A DNA stretch of 62,557 bases, filler included, from Choristocarpus tenellus KU-1152 (Eukaryota > Protista > Phaeophyceae): NCBI GenBank assembly GCA_964200185.2. It is 9 parts of 9 records of this genome, joined end to end, with 100 filler letters (N's around TTAATTAATTAA, not from the genome) between each part and the next. Parts side by side here need not be neighbours in the genome. Positions count along the whole stretch, not along the records: positions 36,516 to 42,937 come from CAXNAD020008172.1; positions 43,038 to 48,145 come from CAXNAD020011840.1; positions 48,246 to 53,503 come from CAXNAD020011336.1; 6 more parts are not named here. One strand, 5' to 3'. Shown one piece after another: positions 37,380 through 49,549 of this stretch (position 1 is its first letter; every line of letters starts with the position of its first letter). A program made the translations under genes and the position numbers. The notes beneath the pieces were generated by a model. The model did no database searches, was not told the DNA's origin, and was given only the letters and a program-made list of their open reading frames with translations.

Positions 37380-37588
37380 GAGTGAAAAGATCTTAGAGCG
37401 TACGAGTATTGACCTGTTTGTCCATTTGGGGCTTGGATTCCCATGTTTTTTTTTATGACATTTTCCTACTCCAATTAGGAGTAGGTAAAATGTATACACA
37501 ATGAAATGGTTTGTCCGAAACGTAGATATTGACACTTCCTAACAAACACAATGACCAAAATTACGTCAAAATCGAAACATTGGATTTG
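37380..37588. mobile_element. MITE family B copy (reverse, truncated)
   Basis: Begins GAGTGAAAAGATCTTAGAGCGTACGAG. Shortened hairpin CCTACTCCAATTAGGAGTAGG. Confidence 0.8.
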
Positions 37589-38265
37589 CTTAACTTTAGA
37601 TATGGCCTTTTGGGAACCCCTCACTCAAGTAGTGAAAAAAATGGGGGTTCGCTCGATATAAGAGAGAAATGGCAGGAAAACGCCGAAACCTCTCTTGTAG
37701 CCTGAAAAGTAGTGACAATCCAATTTACTCTCTCTTATATTATGTTTTCTCTTATATTGAACTCTCTTATAGGTAGACACCAGCCGTTCGGCATCCTTCT
37801 TGCTACCTGCCGCTGACGTACGAAAGACCTTAACGGACTCCAGCAGTAGGACGAAACTTCCATCGACAATGGCTTGTCAGCATGGCAGTCCCTGAAGTCA
37901 AAGGATGAAGCTGCGACAGAACAACTGATTTGTGCTATTCACCATTGGTTCCAAGCTTGCTTGGTACTATGGACACTGGCGAGGATCCTAACCAGTCACT
38001 CACACGCCTCAACAAGGCTAAGAGCTGAGTTGGAGACCCTGCAGCCTTGCTTCCACTGCTCAAGTCCACCACTGTCGCTACTGTCACCAACCTGATCACC
38101 ACCTGCACCAATGCCCCAACTGCCCCTCTGTCCCCACTCAACTACCATCCTACGCCACCACCTCACCACCATCCCACGCTCCTGCCAAACTCCCTTGTGC
38201 TTGGTGTTCTTACCATGTGATACCTCCGCTCCCTGATCAAGAATACCAAGCACAACATCGACATC

Positions 38266-38897
38266 AAGTGAAAGTATCTTAGAGGGTATGAGTTTTTCCT
38301 GTTTTAACAATTGGGGCTTGGCATCCCACGGTTTTTTTATGACACTTCACCTTCTCTAAAATGTTTCGGAGTACGTAAAATGCATATGTTATGAAAAGGT
38401 GTATCCGGAACAAGAATATTGACATCTCCTAAAAAACATGATAGCCAAATTACATCAAAATTGCAATATTGGTTTTTGACCCCCAAATGGACGTAGCTCT
38501 ACCCGTTCGTAGATAGTGCTGCTGATACACGTGGACACCACCGGTGGATTAGATAATAGGATGGAGAGCCTGTGACAGATATGTTATATGTACTGACTCA
38601 TAGTGTTGATTGGTTTTTATATCATGTTCAAGATACACTTCCTATACTTCAGACAAGTAAATAAATGATTCATAGCAAATTAGTGTGGACGATTACAAAC
38701 CCCACACTATAGAAATAATAATGGTAGTCTAGGCTAGTTTCACCCACGTACTCAGTCAGTGGAATTGAGACCATAAGCCCTGTTGGATTACTAACTTTGC
38801 TCATCTACATTAAGCTGTCCATTGTCCTTCATCAAAGCACCAAAGCCGCGGGTCAGTGTGGAATACATCAACACTACCCTCTAAGATACTTTGGCTC
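38266..38897. mobile_element. MITE family B copy (reverse) split by a solo LTR
   Basis: AAGTGAAAGTATCTTAGAGGGTA...GCTCTACC [370-bp insert] CTACCCTCTAAGATACTTTGGCTC. Confidence 0.85.
38504..38873. mobile_element. Solo LTR (370 bp) with 5-bp TSD CTACC
   Basis: Termini CGTT...AACA (TG..CA with one substitution). Exact CTACC duplication at 38499-38503 and 38874-38878. Excision restores the MITE B end. Confidence 0.75.
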
Positions 38898-40084
38898 CAC
38901 CCTTGCTCACCACCCATCCATCACTCACCCCCACCTACTTCCAATCACGCCCAACCACACACACCCAGTACAAGACACACCCACAACCAACTCCGCCTTA
39001 ATCACATTTGATCCTGGCTGCACAGTCCCCATTTCCAATCCCTCCCTTTATCCATACCATTCCACCACCCCACACACCTACCTACCTGCTGCCGCCCCCC
39101 AGTGACAACTTCCCTGGTCTATTAATCCCTCCTCACCTGGCACTACCTCAATGACTGGGGCCTCCACCGTCGTCACACCATCCATCCCACTGTCTCTACT
39201 ATCCATACCGCTCACCACATCTATCAATGCCCTTCTGCGACCCCAACAATTTCCAACACACTCCGACCCCCGTCCACGTAACACTTTACACACCGCCTCC
39301 ACAAGCCCAGTCTCATCTACCTCATTTTCCAGGAGCCGCCACACAATCACCTCCACCTACTGCTACCCTACCACATCGACCACACGTTCACAAGTCCCTA
39401 CACCCCACAGCACCTGCTCAAGACCACCACCCCCCATCTACACACCACAAACTCCGCTCAAGACCACTACCCACCACAGATCTTGCTCATAACTCACACT
39501 TACACACCACTGATCCTGCTCAAGATGATCACCACCCCCTTCCCCCCCCTCCCCCCCTTCACACTACTTATCACAAAAAAATACCTAAAACCTACCCACA
39601 CACCATCCTCCCACTCACCCCTCCTGCCCAGAAGCTCCTTCCAATTTACTCATCCACAGCCCCTCGAAACAACTCACCCACCCCGACTGCCCACACCAAA
39701 AACCAAACACATGGCCACATCACCCATCTCCCGCATCCACCACCAACTCAGCTCTCTGCAGCTGACCCACCCACAGTCCCACCAATCCACACCACCCCAA
39801 TCTCTGATCACACACCATCAACTCACATTCAACTCAAACAACACCCTCCATAGACCCAAGACAAACCACTCCCACACCTCCCAACACCCCCCCCACACAC
39901 ACGGCCGACCTTGAAACCCAACCACTTCTTCCACATACTCAAGCCACAACCAACCCCATGCACCCTCCACGCACACCCACCCAAGCCCAATTCCAGTGCA
40001 CCACTTCGCCTTGCCTACTCCACAAATACCCTAAACTCCTTGCTGGGTCATCCCATAAGTTGCACCACCGCTGCCAAATTCGCT

Positions 40085-40250
40085 AACCCCAAGGCATACT
40101 TCGTTCGTATACGCAGACAACATGAACATCACTGCCTACAACTCTAGTACTTACTTTGTTCGTGCACGTAGACGACATGGACATCATTACTACAACCCAA
40201 GGCTTACTTCGTTCGTGTAGGCAGACGACATGGACATCACTGACTGCAAC
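40085..40250. repeat. Three-copy ~54-bp tandem repeat
   Basis: Unit TACTTCGTTCGTGTACGCAGACGACATGGACATCACT..CTACAAC, with copies 55 and 53 bp apart. Confidence 0.8.
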
Positions 40251-40520
40251 TCCAACGCCCCACCACAACTAGCAGACGTCCTGCACAAGAACTTGCCTCA
40301 AACGCACTTTCAAGACCTTTAATTTCGATGTGTTCCTTCCACACAGCATAATAACTCTTCATCAAGTGCCCCCTTGTACCCATGTAGAATTGTATTATAT
40401 TTCACCGACGACAAACATGGACATCACCTTTTTTGTTTTGCTCACGAATTCTGGATTATTATTATTTTATTCTATATTTGCATTCCACCCATTCCCCTCC
40501 TCCCCATTGTACCACCACTT

Positions 40521-40906
40521 GTAACCAACCAGTGTGAACCCCTTCGCCAATGATTTTTCAGTCACCTTCCCCCCCTGCGATAACCAACCAATGCGAACCC
40601 CTTTCGCAATTGAGTTCCAGCCGCCCACCTCTGATGACAACCATTGCGAACCCCCTTCACCACTGATTTCCGGTCACCCCCCACATCTGATGACCAACCA
40701 GTGCGAACCCCCTTCGACATTGATTTCCAGTCACCTCTCACATTTGATGAGCAACCAGTGCGACGCCTTCGCCACTGATTTCTAGCCACCCTCCCCCATG
40801 CAATGACCAACCAATGTAAACTCCTTTCGTCATTGATTTCCAGCCACCACCCACCTCCGATGACCAACCAGTGTGATATCCCCTTCACCAATGATTTCTA
40901 GTCACC
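40521..40906. repeat. Minisatellite, 7 diverged copies of a ~56-bp unit
   Basis: Consensus TGACCAACCAGTGCGAACCCCCTTCGCCACTGATTTCCAGTCACC(C)nACATCTGA. Related units occur at ~53125-53255. Confidence 0.85.
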
Positions 40907-41630
40907 ATATCCTGGATCACACCCATGACCCTATCCGCGGCTGACCCTTTGTTTCCCATCCGGGCCACCCTCTGCAAATCCCTTTGAATTTTCCCTATGT
41001 TGAAGGTTCTGCAGTCATCATTGACTCTCGCCACCATCTTAAGTGCTTTAAGGAGTTGCTCCTCTGTCGCTGCAGCCCAATCATTTTTTAGTTCGCCCCG
41101 TACCAGTGCTCGTCTCTGAGCAACACTTAAGGACTCCAACAGCGTCACGAATGCAATTTGAATACCTCCTTTTGAGTGTTGCATTCTAACGCTCATCTCA
41201 TATTCGCCTCGGGCTGTCAGAAACTCCCTCACCTCCTTCTCAGCAAGCCTCTCAACCCGTGGAGGTTGAATATGCTGCGCTATCATTTTGACCAATCGGT
41301 CTCTCGCAACCCCCCCCAGGCTGAGCCAGGTCCATCGCCGTCGTTCATTGACATATTGGACCCTTTATCTCTCAAGTAACTATGCTGGTTTCTGCCCGGT
41401 TGTGTGCACTCCAAGCTCCAGCAAGCTCCCGTGATCATGTGTTGGTCTTCCGCAGCCAATTCCAGTGCCGCACTTAATCCCATGGTCAGGTCTCGAGAAT
41501 TCAATTGAATTATAGACAGTTCAACCCCAGGAACTGGTCTATGATAGCTTGTAAGGACTCCATCCCACGTTGGGGCTAAAAGTTCTGTTATTTGTTAAGG
41601 GAGTGAGCATAGATCCAGTCAAGGATCACA
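40907..41630 (-). mobile_element. Ty3/Gypsy-like 5' remnant: LTR end, degenerate PBS and gag-like ORF (40907..41295)
   Basis: On the minus strand, ...CCTTACA (41550) is followed by AGCTATCATAGACCAGTT, resembling the tRNA-iMet PBS TGGTATCAGAGCCAGGTT. The ORF IQPPRVERLAEKEVREFLTARGEYE recalls stramenopile gypsy gag N-termini. A protease-like ILDQGAEVS lies on the same strand at ~38220-38250. Confidence 0.5.
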
Positions 41631-42937
41631 TATGCTCCAAACATCAAATAATACAAACGCCTCAGTTATGGTATCCCTCCATGCTGTGTCTACAGAGTCG
41701 AGCATGAACGATGTTTCGCAATACCTCTGGAAGGCAAAGCTGGCTTGACTTGGCGCAATCGGGGCAAGGGCAATCAAACAAGCGGGCCGTCGAGATTTTT
41801 TTATCAGCGAATAAGTTGTCTTACAGTGCGTGTGATGGGAGGTGCATGATGGTGCAGCTACATTTGATCCACAGTGGCGTTTTTGATACTGTAGTGCAAA
41901 ATATCCTTGTAGAGTGCAATTGAATACGTAGGGCAGGGCATAGGAGGGAGATTGGCTTTGAACGTTGATTTGATTTGAACTGTGTGAGTCGTCTGTCCAG
42001 CCATCCAACGTCTTGCCGATGCTTTTCTTGGGAAGGTGTACTATACATATGAGTGAATACATCGCAATGAGTGTAATTTTACCCAAGCTACAGTACCGTC
42101 TACATATGCGGCACTGGTATACTGTGGAGGGGAGATGTAGATGTGGTGCTTGCTGCACCACCCCAGTTCCATTGAAATGGGCTCACCGAGGGCAATGTTC
42201 AATACTTATCTATATGTAACTACTCTTGAAGGTACAAGGGAAGCACATATACAGGAAGCGCGTCACTCCGTTGTCGTTCGGGGGCAAGTATAAAGTTCCT
42301 ACAATGACTTTTGGTTGATATAAAATAGGTTTCTCTTATCAGATCCCTTGGTTTAAGAGACAAATGCTCTTACATAAATAAGAGAGTATCGGTATATAAG
42401 AGGGGTTTAGGGGGGCTTGCCCCTACCCTCTCTTATTTATGTACATCAACTCTACCACATTCCTACCAGAATTCTCCCGCCTACAAAACTCAGATTACTT
42501 CATACACCGTTTTGGTAATTTGGTAGACCATGAGGAAGTCTCAATTCAGAAAATCGTATTCAATATAGAGTAATTCATTCACTCTTATGTATGTACTCCG
42601 TTATGTTAAAATTAAACATAACATTTGTGGAAGTGTCAAAGGTGCCAAGTTCTCTGCTCAGGGGGGCAATCACAATCACCGGACTCAAACTCTTTCACCT
42701 CAGAGGGTGGGACCGAGTTTCAGAGGTCTTGGCTCAAATCTCAGAACAGATCAATAAATCCAGGACAGAACAACACCCTCAGAACACAACAGATGTTCCA
42801 GAATGACTGAGCAACGCCACAGCAAAGAAATCGATTTATCAGAATCGGAATGGTTCTTCGTTCTGATTGTCCATTTTGGCTGTTTGGTCAAATCCGGATC
42901 TTATGGGTGTGATTGATTCATTGGACTGGTCGGTATG

Positions 42938-43037
42938 NNNNNNNNNNNNNNNNNNNNNNNNNNNNNNNNNNNNNNNNNNNNTTAATTAATTAANNNNNNN
43001 NNNNNNNNNNNNNNNNNNNNNNNNNNNNNNNNNNNNN
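42938..43037. other. Artificial contig linker
   Basis: N44-TTAATTAATTAA-N44. Confidence 0.98.
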
Positions 43038-43332
43038 ATTATCTTCAGTACTTTTATTATCTTATTATCTTCAGTACTTTTATTATCTTATTATCTTCAG
43101 TACTTTTATTATCTTATTATCTTCAGTACTTTTATTATCTTATTATCTTCAGTACTTTTATTATCTTATTATCTTCAGTACTTTTATTATCTTATTATCT
43201 TCAGTACTTTTATTATCTTATTATCTTCAGTACTTTTATTATCTTATTATCTTCAGTACTTTTATTATCTTATTATCTTCAGTACTTTTATTATTTTATT
43301 ATCTTCAGTACTTTTATTATTTTATTATCTTC
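43038..43332. repeat. Near-perfect 26-bp tandem repeat (~11 copies, truncated by contig start)
   Basis: Unit ATTATCTTCAGTACTTTTATTATCTT. Confidence 0.95.
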
Positions 43333-44114
43333 ATATACACGCCGCCTTCTACTAAGGGACCAATGCATCCCAGCAGTAGAATTGAAACCTCATGGTTCAA
43401 GGCGACAAGCTTGATGATCCTACAAGGGGAATTAAGGGTAATATTCACAACCCTTTCCTTTGATTTTTTTTTTTTTTCATCAATCATCGAAAGACGCCTT
43501 GTAGTCCTCCCAAAAAATCTCATTCCAGTACACCCCCATTGCACACTTCAAAAGCAAAATGTATCAGCCCACTGGTAAGACCACAAACAAGCCTCCTTGC
43601 CACAACAAAACCAGACTCTGGTCCATTTTGACCTCGGAGCCCGCTTCCTTTCCCTTCAGTCTATAACCCTAACCCTAAGTGGATACAGTCCGATTACACT
43701 CACAGAAATTACAAAAAAAAATGTAACATAAAACATTCTCAAAGATATTGTAATGATAATAAAAAAAGAATACTTGGAGCGTATCGACCGTTGTCACTGA
43801 AAAAACGAAAAAACAACAAAAATCCTCCTTTTGTACACTACACTGCACTTTCAAATCACCATGAGAAAAGGTATTTATTGCATTCAATACATACATTCAA
43901 TTAATATTTATATTCTTACGCAAGGAAGCAAGAAATTTCTGATAACATGCAAAGAAAAGGGTCAGAACTACAATACGATAACGCCTCCCACACCCGTCCT
44001 CCTTCGCTAGACACTCCAAACAAATTCCAAACAAAATATAAATTCTGCACCCCTCAAAAAGAGTAATCTCGGGTACCCTTCACAAGGTTCAGTTCTCCCT
44101 TACAATAAAAAAAT

Positions 44115-44250
44115 ATGTATGAACATAAATATATGAATGAATGCAAATATATGAACATAAATACATGAACATAAAATACATGTACATAAATATATGAATG
44201 TAAATATATGAACATAAAATACATGTACATAAATATATGAATGTAAATAC
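44115..44250. repeat. AT-rich degenerate short tandem repeat (intronic)
   Basis: ATATGAACATAAAT/ACATGTACATAAAT units. Confidence 0.7.
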
Positions 44251-44261
44251 TGGGGTCTTAC

Positions 44262-46030
44262 CGGTCGCAGTGTGAGTACTCCACCATCATCTCATGGGCC
44301 TTTCGAATCAGGTACTTTGCCCTGGCACTCTCTGGGGTACATTTGGAACCCTCGTCGAACTTCAAGTTGAGGTTAGGGTTAGGGTTAGATGTACACGAGA
44401 CACACATGCACACGGAGTTGTTACGATTGGTTGTTAGAAGCACATAGGTCAACACCGGCAGTTGTTAGAAGCATAAACAATAATAATAATAATAATAATA
44501 ACATAAACACACGCATGTACACATACAAAACAAACGTCCATTGAGAGGACAGGAGCAATGGGAGCTGTAAGAAGAAAACAGAGTGAAAGTAGGGTTAGGG
44601 GGGACAGGTGCTACACGCTGTATAGCAATTGGTTTTGTGAGATGGGACAATAATGGGCAGTGATTGGGTATTGTCTTGAGTAAACAAAAAGCAGATTGGA
44701 ATGTCAGGAATAGGGGGTCAACGGAGGGTTACGCTTGGTAGGTGGAAAGGGAGCATACTTGGGTGGGGTGAGGTTGTGATCTCAAGCTCTACTGTTTGAA
44801 TTGAATGGTATTCTGTCATGGACGGAGAGATTCCCTAACAAAGGAGTGGGTAAACAGTTGGGAGAGATTCAAACATGGGAGAATTCTTTTCTAGGGGGGG
44901 CATGGGGACTTCATCTTCCGTGGGTTAGGGTTAGGGTTGACAGTCCAGGGGAAAGAATCAACGTACAGATTTGACACATGCTTTTACAACAATAGTAAAA
45001 CAGAAGAGAAAGTAAATAATACAATATAATAATTAAAAAAACTCATATGACATGATCAAAAAAATATATAGGGGTAGGGTAAACGGAAAAAAACTCATAC
45101 ACTCAAATTTTTTTGTAAATCTCACCCTTGGCATTCACATGTACACATGGAGTAAGACGTAAGATTTGATACAGTATGATAACAGACATTCTGCTCACCC
45201 TGGCTCTCACGATGGTTGCTTCCTCGATAAAGACGTCTCTGTCGATCGCCCAGGAATCCAGTAGCTTCAAGGCATTCCGGTACAGACGACACACCTCCTG
45301 GTGGCGGAAAAAGGGTACGAATAGGGCTAGGGTTAGGGTTTAGGGTTAGAGTTGGAATATACAGAGTGGACACAAGGGACGAAATAGAGGGGAAATGGTA
45401 ATGGGTTTGAAACGTGGACCTAACAAGGCGAAGTATGCTTGAAACGGGAAAAAAAACATGTTTTGCAGAAGATGGCATCGTGGAAAGACAGACATGAGTG
45501 GGACACTCAAGAGACTTAAGGTGGGTCAAAGCTTTGAACACAGCTGGTGGTATTGACCACAGCGCATCAGCAGCAAGGCACGGTTGCACTTGAGAAAGCG
45601 AATTGGAAGGGGTTGGGACTAGGGCTTGCAATGGGAAACACGTGAAACGTGTTCGACCTCGACCAACAAAGATGCTAAAATAATCATTTAGCAACAGATG
45701 CACCTACCAGGGTTGATCAACAGGCAGCAAACAATGGTCTACAAGGGATGAATGTCCGACAAGTTAGGAAGTTCGGACGGAGTTTGCCACACCCTTGTTT
45801 CTTCGCAATATCCACAACAGGCGATGTCCTATGATTTTCCCGGATAACTCGCACAAACCCATGCCTTTCGATGAGGCTTTGAAATTGTGGCCATTATAGC
45901 GTGTTGAAGTATGATTCAAGCTAGTTTGCTAGTCCTTCCATAATAGAAAAGTCCGACGTACCTGCTTATGAGTGATAGCTTGTGGCTTGGACAGGAACTG
46001 GGCTGACGCAGCCCGGAAAGACGAGTTCAT
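44262..46030 (-). CDS. NDUFB9: NADH dehydrogenase (complex I) subunit B22/NDUFB9, LYR-motif protein, 5' part; exons complement(45962..46030, 45199..45297, 44262..44359)
   Basis: Spliced MNSSFRAASAQFLSKPQAITHKQEVCRLYRNALKLLDSWAIDRDVFIEEATIVRARFDEG...ARAKYLIRKAHEMMVEYSHCD. It carries the THxQ.V.RLYR..LK...SW...R...RARF signature. The last exon(s) are not in the contig. Confidence 0.9.
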
Positions 46031-46648
46031 CACTCAAGATGTTACGAATGAGCTAAGCGCTCCACTGAAGCTCTGCCACACAGAAACAAGCAGCAACCAA
46101 TGAACGGTAAATGCAGAGAGTTGAAATATCAAAATATTGGGGTTTTTCCGATCAGATATAGCCATGCAAACGAACTATAACATCTGGACTTGACTTGGAA
46201 GGAGTTCTTCAAGGTTCAAATCAAGAAGACACCCTCGGTGCTAGTGATGGAAACCTATTATCTAACTAGAACAAAAGGCGATGCCACACCAAACAAAGGT
46301 CTATCTATAGTCGGGTATGGAGAACACATTCTCACCTATCCTTTAAAGATAATCCCCACTAATGGGGCAACACTGTTGTAGTATCAACACAACATTCTCC
46401 TCACTCAATCCCAAAAGGTGTTGATGTTACATGTAAAGGCGTGCACCAAAATGTATGATTTTAGGATTTTGGTTGAAGGAATCGAGAGTTAACATGTTCA
46501 CCTACATTACAGACTGATTGTCGCTTTCCACCTGGTGCCACCCCCCTCTCCCAAACTTGTACCTCGACGTATCGCTGAGTTATTTCCCCTACATTTATTG
46601 GTATTCCTCCTTAGAAGGTCTTGGGATACCTTAGCCAAACTACAAATT

Positions 46649-47248
46649 ATGAAGTCTGTGGCTCTGGTCTTGTTGGGAGCGATGGGCTTGTCCAGCGCAT
46701 CGGCGTTTGTGCTCCCAGGGGCACCAGCAGGGGCTATAGTATCCAGGTTACTCATGGACCGGAATTAATGTGCTGAGCTAGAGGTGTAAGAGTTGGTTGG
46801 TTGACTGCAGGCGGAATTCAGACTCTTCCACGAGCGAGGACCAGCAAAATCAATAATGCGCATTGAGGATCTAATTTGCTGACAACCCCTTACCTTAGCC
46901 TTTCTCTCTCGTATGTTGTGTGTGAAGGTGTATTTTTTGTGGGGGCATATTCTGGTGGATACCGGCTATCGTTCCTCTTTAGTTGTTGTCGGTTGCTTGC
47001 TGCCTTACCATCATCAACAGTAGTAACCCGTGCTGTAGGTTGGTTCACCTTGTCGTCGTTCTCCTTCCGTAAGCCCCGTTTCATGCATCAGCAATATAAT
47101 ATCCCCATTTTTCTCTTCCCCCGTGCTTTCGGCACTCCCATATTTGTGTGGTTTGTACCCAAGATCTCTCCGGGCGGACCTTGGGGCAGCATTAGAGCGG
47201 ACACCATCAAGGTCATGCTCGACGGTGCTAATGGCGGAGAATTTAGGG
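46649..47248 (+). CDS. Plastid-targeted protein, bipartite leader only; exons 46649..46746, 47164..47248, mature part not identified
   Basis: Signal peptide MKSVALVLLGAMGLSSASA followed by FV (ASAF motif), then an R/S-rich transit peptide ...RTPSRSCSTVLMAENLG with strong donor GG|GTGAGT. Confidence 0.7.
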
Positions 47249-48145
47249 GTGAGTGAACAACGTTTCACATTCTTCCGAAATCGACGGAAGTTACAGATTA
47301 TTAATTATCTACTGGGATCAAAGTTTGAGTTGGACGTTTGGACCTCACAGGATTATGCTCTCTTGTGTTCAATCTTGTTGGCGAGAGGATGTCTTCCAAA
47401 GGTGTATCGCGAAATAGCAAGTTTGCGATGTTGAACAACCGCTTGCTTTGCACCCGAAATGTCTTGTAAATATCACTTACCATGGCAGTGAGCTTCCTCA
47501 GGACCCGGAGTGGTACATAAGTACTCCGTGCAGTCATCGTGAAAAACATTCCCTTCAATTTGAACAGGCTTTGACCATGCAAGTGCCATCACCCTACCAT
47601 TTACTCTCTTACTACCAACTCCTCAAAATCAACATAGAAAAAGGTCTTTCTGCACAACCACAGCAAGGATCTACTTTCGTCCGGTTGAATTTTTTTAGGT
47701 TAAGATTGTAAACCCTAACCCTGATGCAGGTTCATGTACATACCAACGCACGAAGTTATCTTGCAGAACTCCCCCATCGAAAAGACATGTGAAGTGTGTG
47801 TGTGCTGCTCTGCATCTACCAGATTGCGGAATAGAAAAAGCAGCTATTTCGTACCAAGTATCAATTGTCAATTGTGTAACGCTATAACGACTTGAATTTG
47901 ACCGTACAAATGTTGAGGGTTCAAATACCACCCCTTCCTATTTTTTGACATGTTTTCGTCACATACAGTACGTCAGCATTTGATCCAAGCCCTCACAGTG
48001 GGGCATATTGAATGTGTTCGTTCATTCCCATACTCTCCTTCTGTTGTATTCCAGAGTGTGTGCATGAGTACATGTCTTGCATTTTCTAACCCTAACCCTT
48101 GCATATGGCCAATGTTTGTGCCTTGCCTTTCTGGGGGGGGGGGGG

Positions 48146-48245
48146 NNNNNNNNNNNNNNNNNNNNNNNNNNNNNNNNNNNNNNNNNNNNTTAATTAATTA
48201 ANNNNNNNNNNNNNNNNNNNNNNNNNNNNNNNNNNNNNNNNNNNN
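48146..48245. other. Artificial contig linker
   Basis: N44-TTAATTAATTAA-N44. The next contig starts in a family A terminus (CCCCCCCAGATACTTTGACCC). Confidence 0.98.
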
Positions 48246-49419
48246 CCCCCCCAGATACTTTGACCCTCAGGATTGGTGTTGATCACCCCGCCTGACCTGG
48301 ACACAGGCATGGACAACTCTCTTCAAGACAAGGCATACCGTACTTCTTACAAAAACCCCTCTAGATTGCTTGTTGGCTGTTGGTGTACTCCAATACCAAT
48401 ACCAATATACCCATATACCAATATAGTGTCAGTGTTACACGGTACTCACCAGAGTTATACAAGTTATACAAGTTATACAAGGATCTGACAAGCCTATGGG
48501 CCAACTAGGGGGAATATTTGTAAAGTATAAAGTATTGACAGGAATGAACGAGAGGCTAGGATCCTTGCTAATCCCAATGGATGAGCAGTAGAGGAGTCAA
48601 CTTTACACTCAGGGGGCAAGGCAAGTACACCTACAGCCTTGCGTGGGTTACCACCCACTCTACCTTTGGTGTTTGCTGTACACTTACACACCTCCAAGGC
48701 GTTTGTTTGCTGTGGAACAAAGCTAGAGAGCGTCACCGCTGCCCTTTCCTGGCGGCAATTCCCAATTCCTATTATATTCCTATTAAATTCCCAAAGGTGT
48801 GTCAATATCTAGTGATACCAGTGATGTGACAAACTGAACATCAACAAGTACCTACCTATCACATCAACACTGTATGCAAGCCCTATGGTTCGGTCTCCTA
48901 TTGCCAGTACACCCCACCCACACAACACCAGCTCCATTCAGTCTGTCAAGATCGCCTGTCACACACTGCTACTACAGCACTATTAAAATTTCGGATTCTT
49001 AATACTAAGTGAAACAAAGATGGATGGGTACATTCAACTACAGTTAATTTTTTTCAATTTTTTGACGCAGTAGTATTATGTCAATGTATGATGATGTATG
49101 ATGCTGCCGTTGATAGTATTAACTGCAGGCAGGTTAGGTCCCTACTGAGTGAAAATGTGATACCAAAGAAGTGCTGGTTTCTCTTCAGACTATCACACGA
49201 GAAAACTAGCTTGCTGGCTGGCTTACGACATGGTCTCTTTCCTATCACACCACAAGGTGCCCCCAGAGCGCTCTAGAGCCTCCCATTGGCTCATTGGCTT
49301 CTGTTCAACTTGAAGGCCTCAAGCCTATAAGAGGAGGCTATTGCTCCCAAATCACAACAAAAACAGAGCACAGAGTATAAAGAGCGCCGCAGAAATCGGA
49401 CTCAATAGACTTGTAGTCA

Positions 49420-49549
49420 CGTAACAATATCGTAACAATATCGTAATAATATCATAACAATATCATAACAATATCGCAATAATATCATAACAATATCATA
49501 ACAATATCGTAATAATATCATAACAATATCATAACAATACCGTAACAAT
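49420..49549. repeat. 11-bp tandem repeat (~12 copies) with 33-bp higher-order periodicity
   Basis: Units CGTAA(C/T)AATAT and CATAACAATAT arranged A-B-B three times. Confidence 0.9.

Noticed and set aside
39151-39914. Long Pro/His/Thr-rich ORFs (up to 208 aa)
   Set aside because: Produced by a C/A-skewed low-complexity strand lacking stops, probably the antisense of decayed retroelement sequence.
40521-40906. CRISPR-like array
   Set aside because: Units are head-to-tail and similar over their whole length, with no unique spacers and no cas genes, in a eukaryotic context.
41619-42161. 180-aa ORF as a gene or hAT dimerisation remnant
   Set aside because: Only a faint resemblance (ALAPIAPSQAS), with key FW and ER.FS motifs absent and no splice support.
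43038-43332. CRISPR array or telomere
   Set aside because: Pure 26-bp tandem repeat without spacers, unrelated to the TTAGGG motif.
43317-43660. Final NDUFB9 exon (GPLVEGGVYMK or LKGKEAG... frames)
   Set aside because: No acceptor that gives the expected Y..P..PGG..F.RN motif in phase. The true exon probably lies beyond the contig start.
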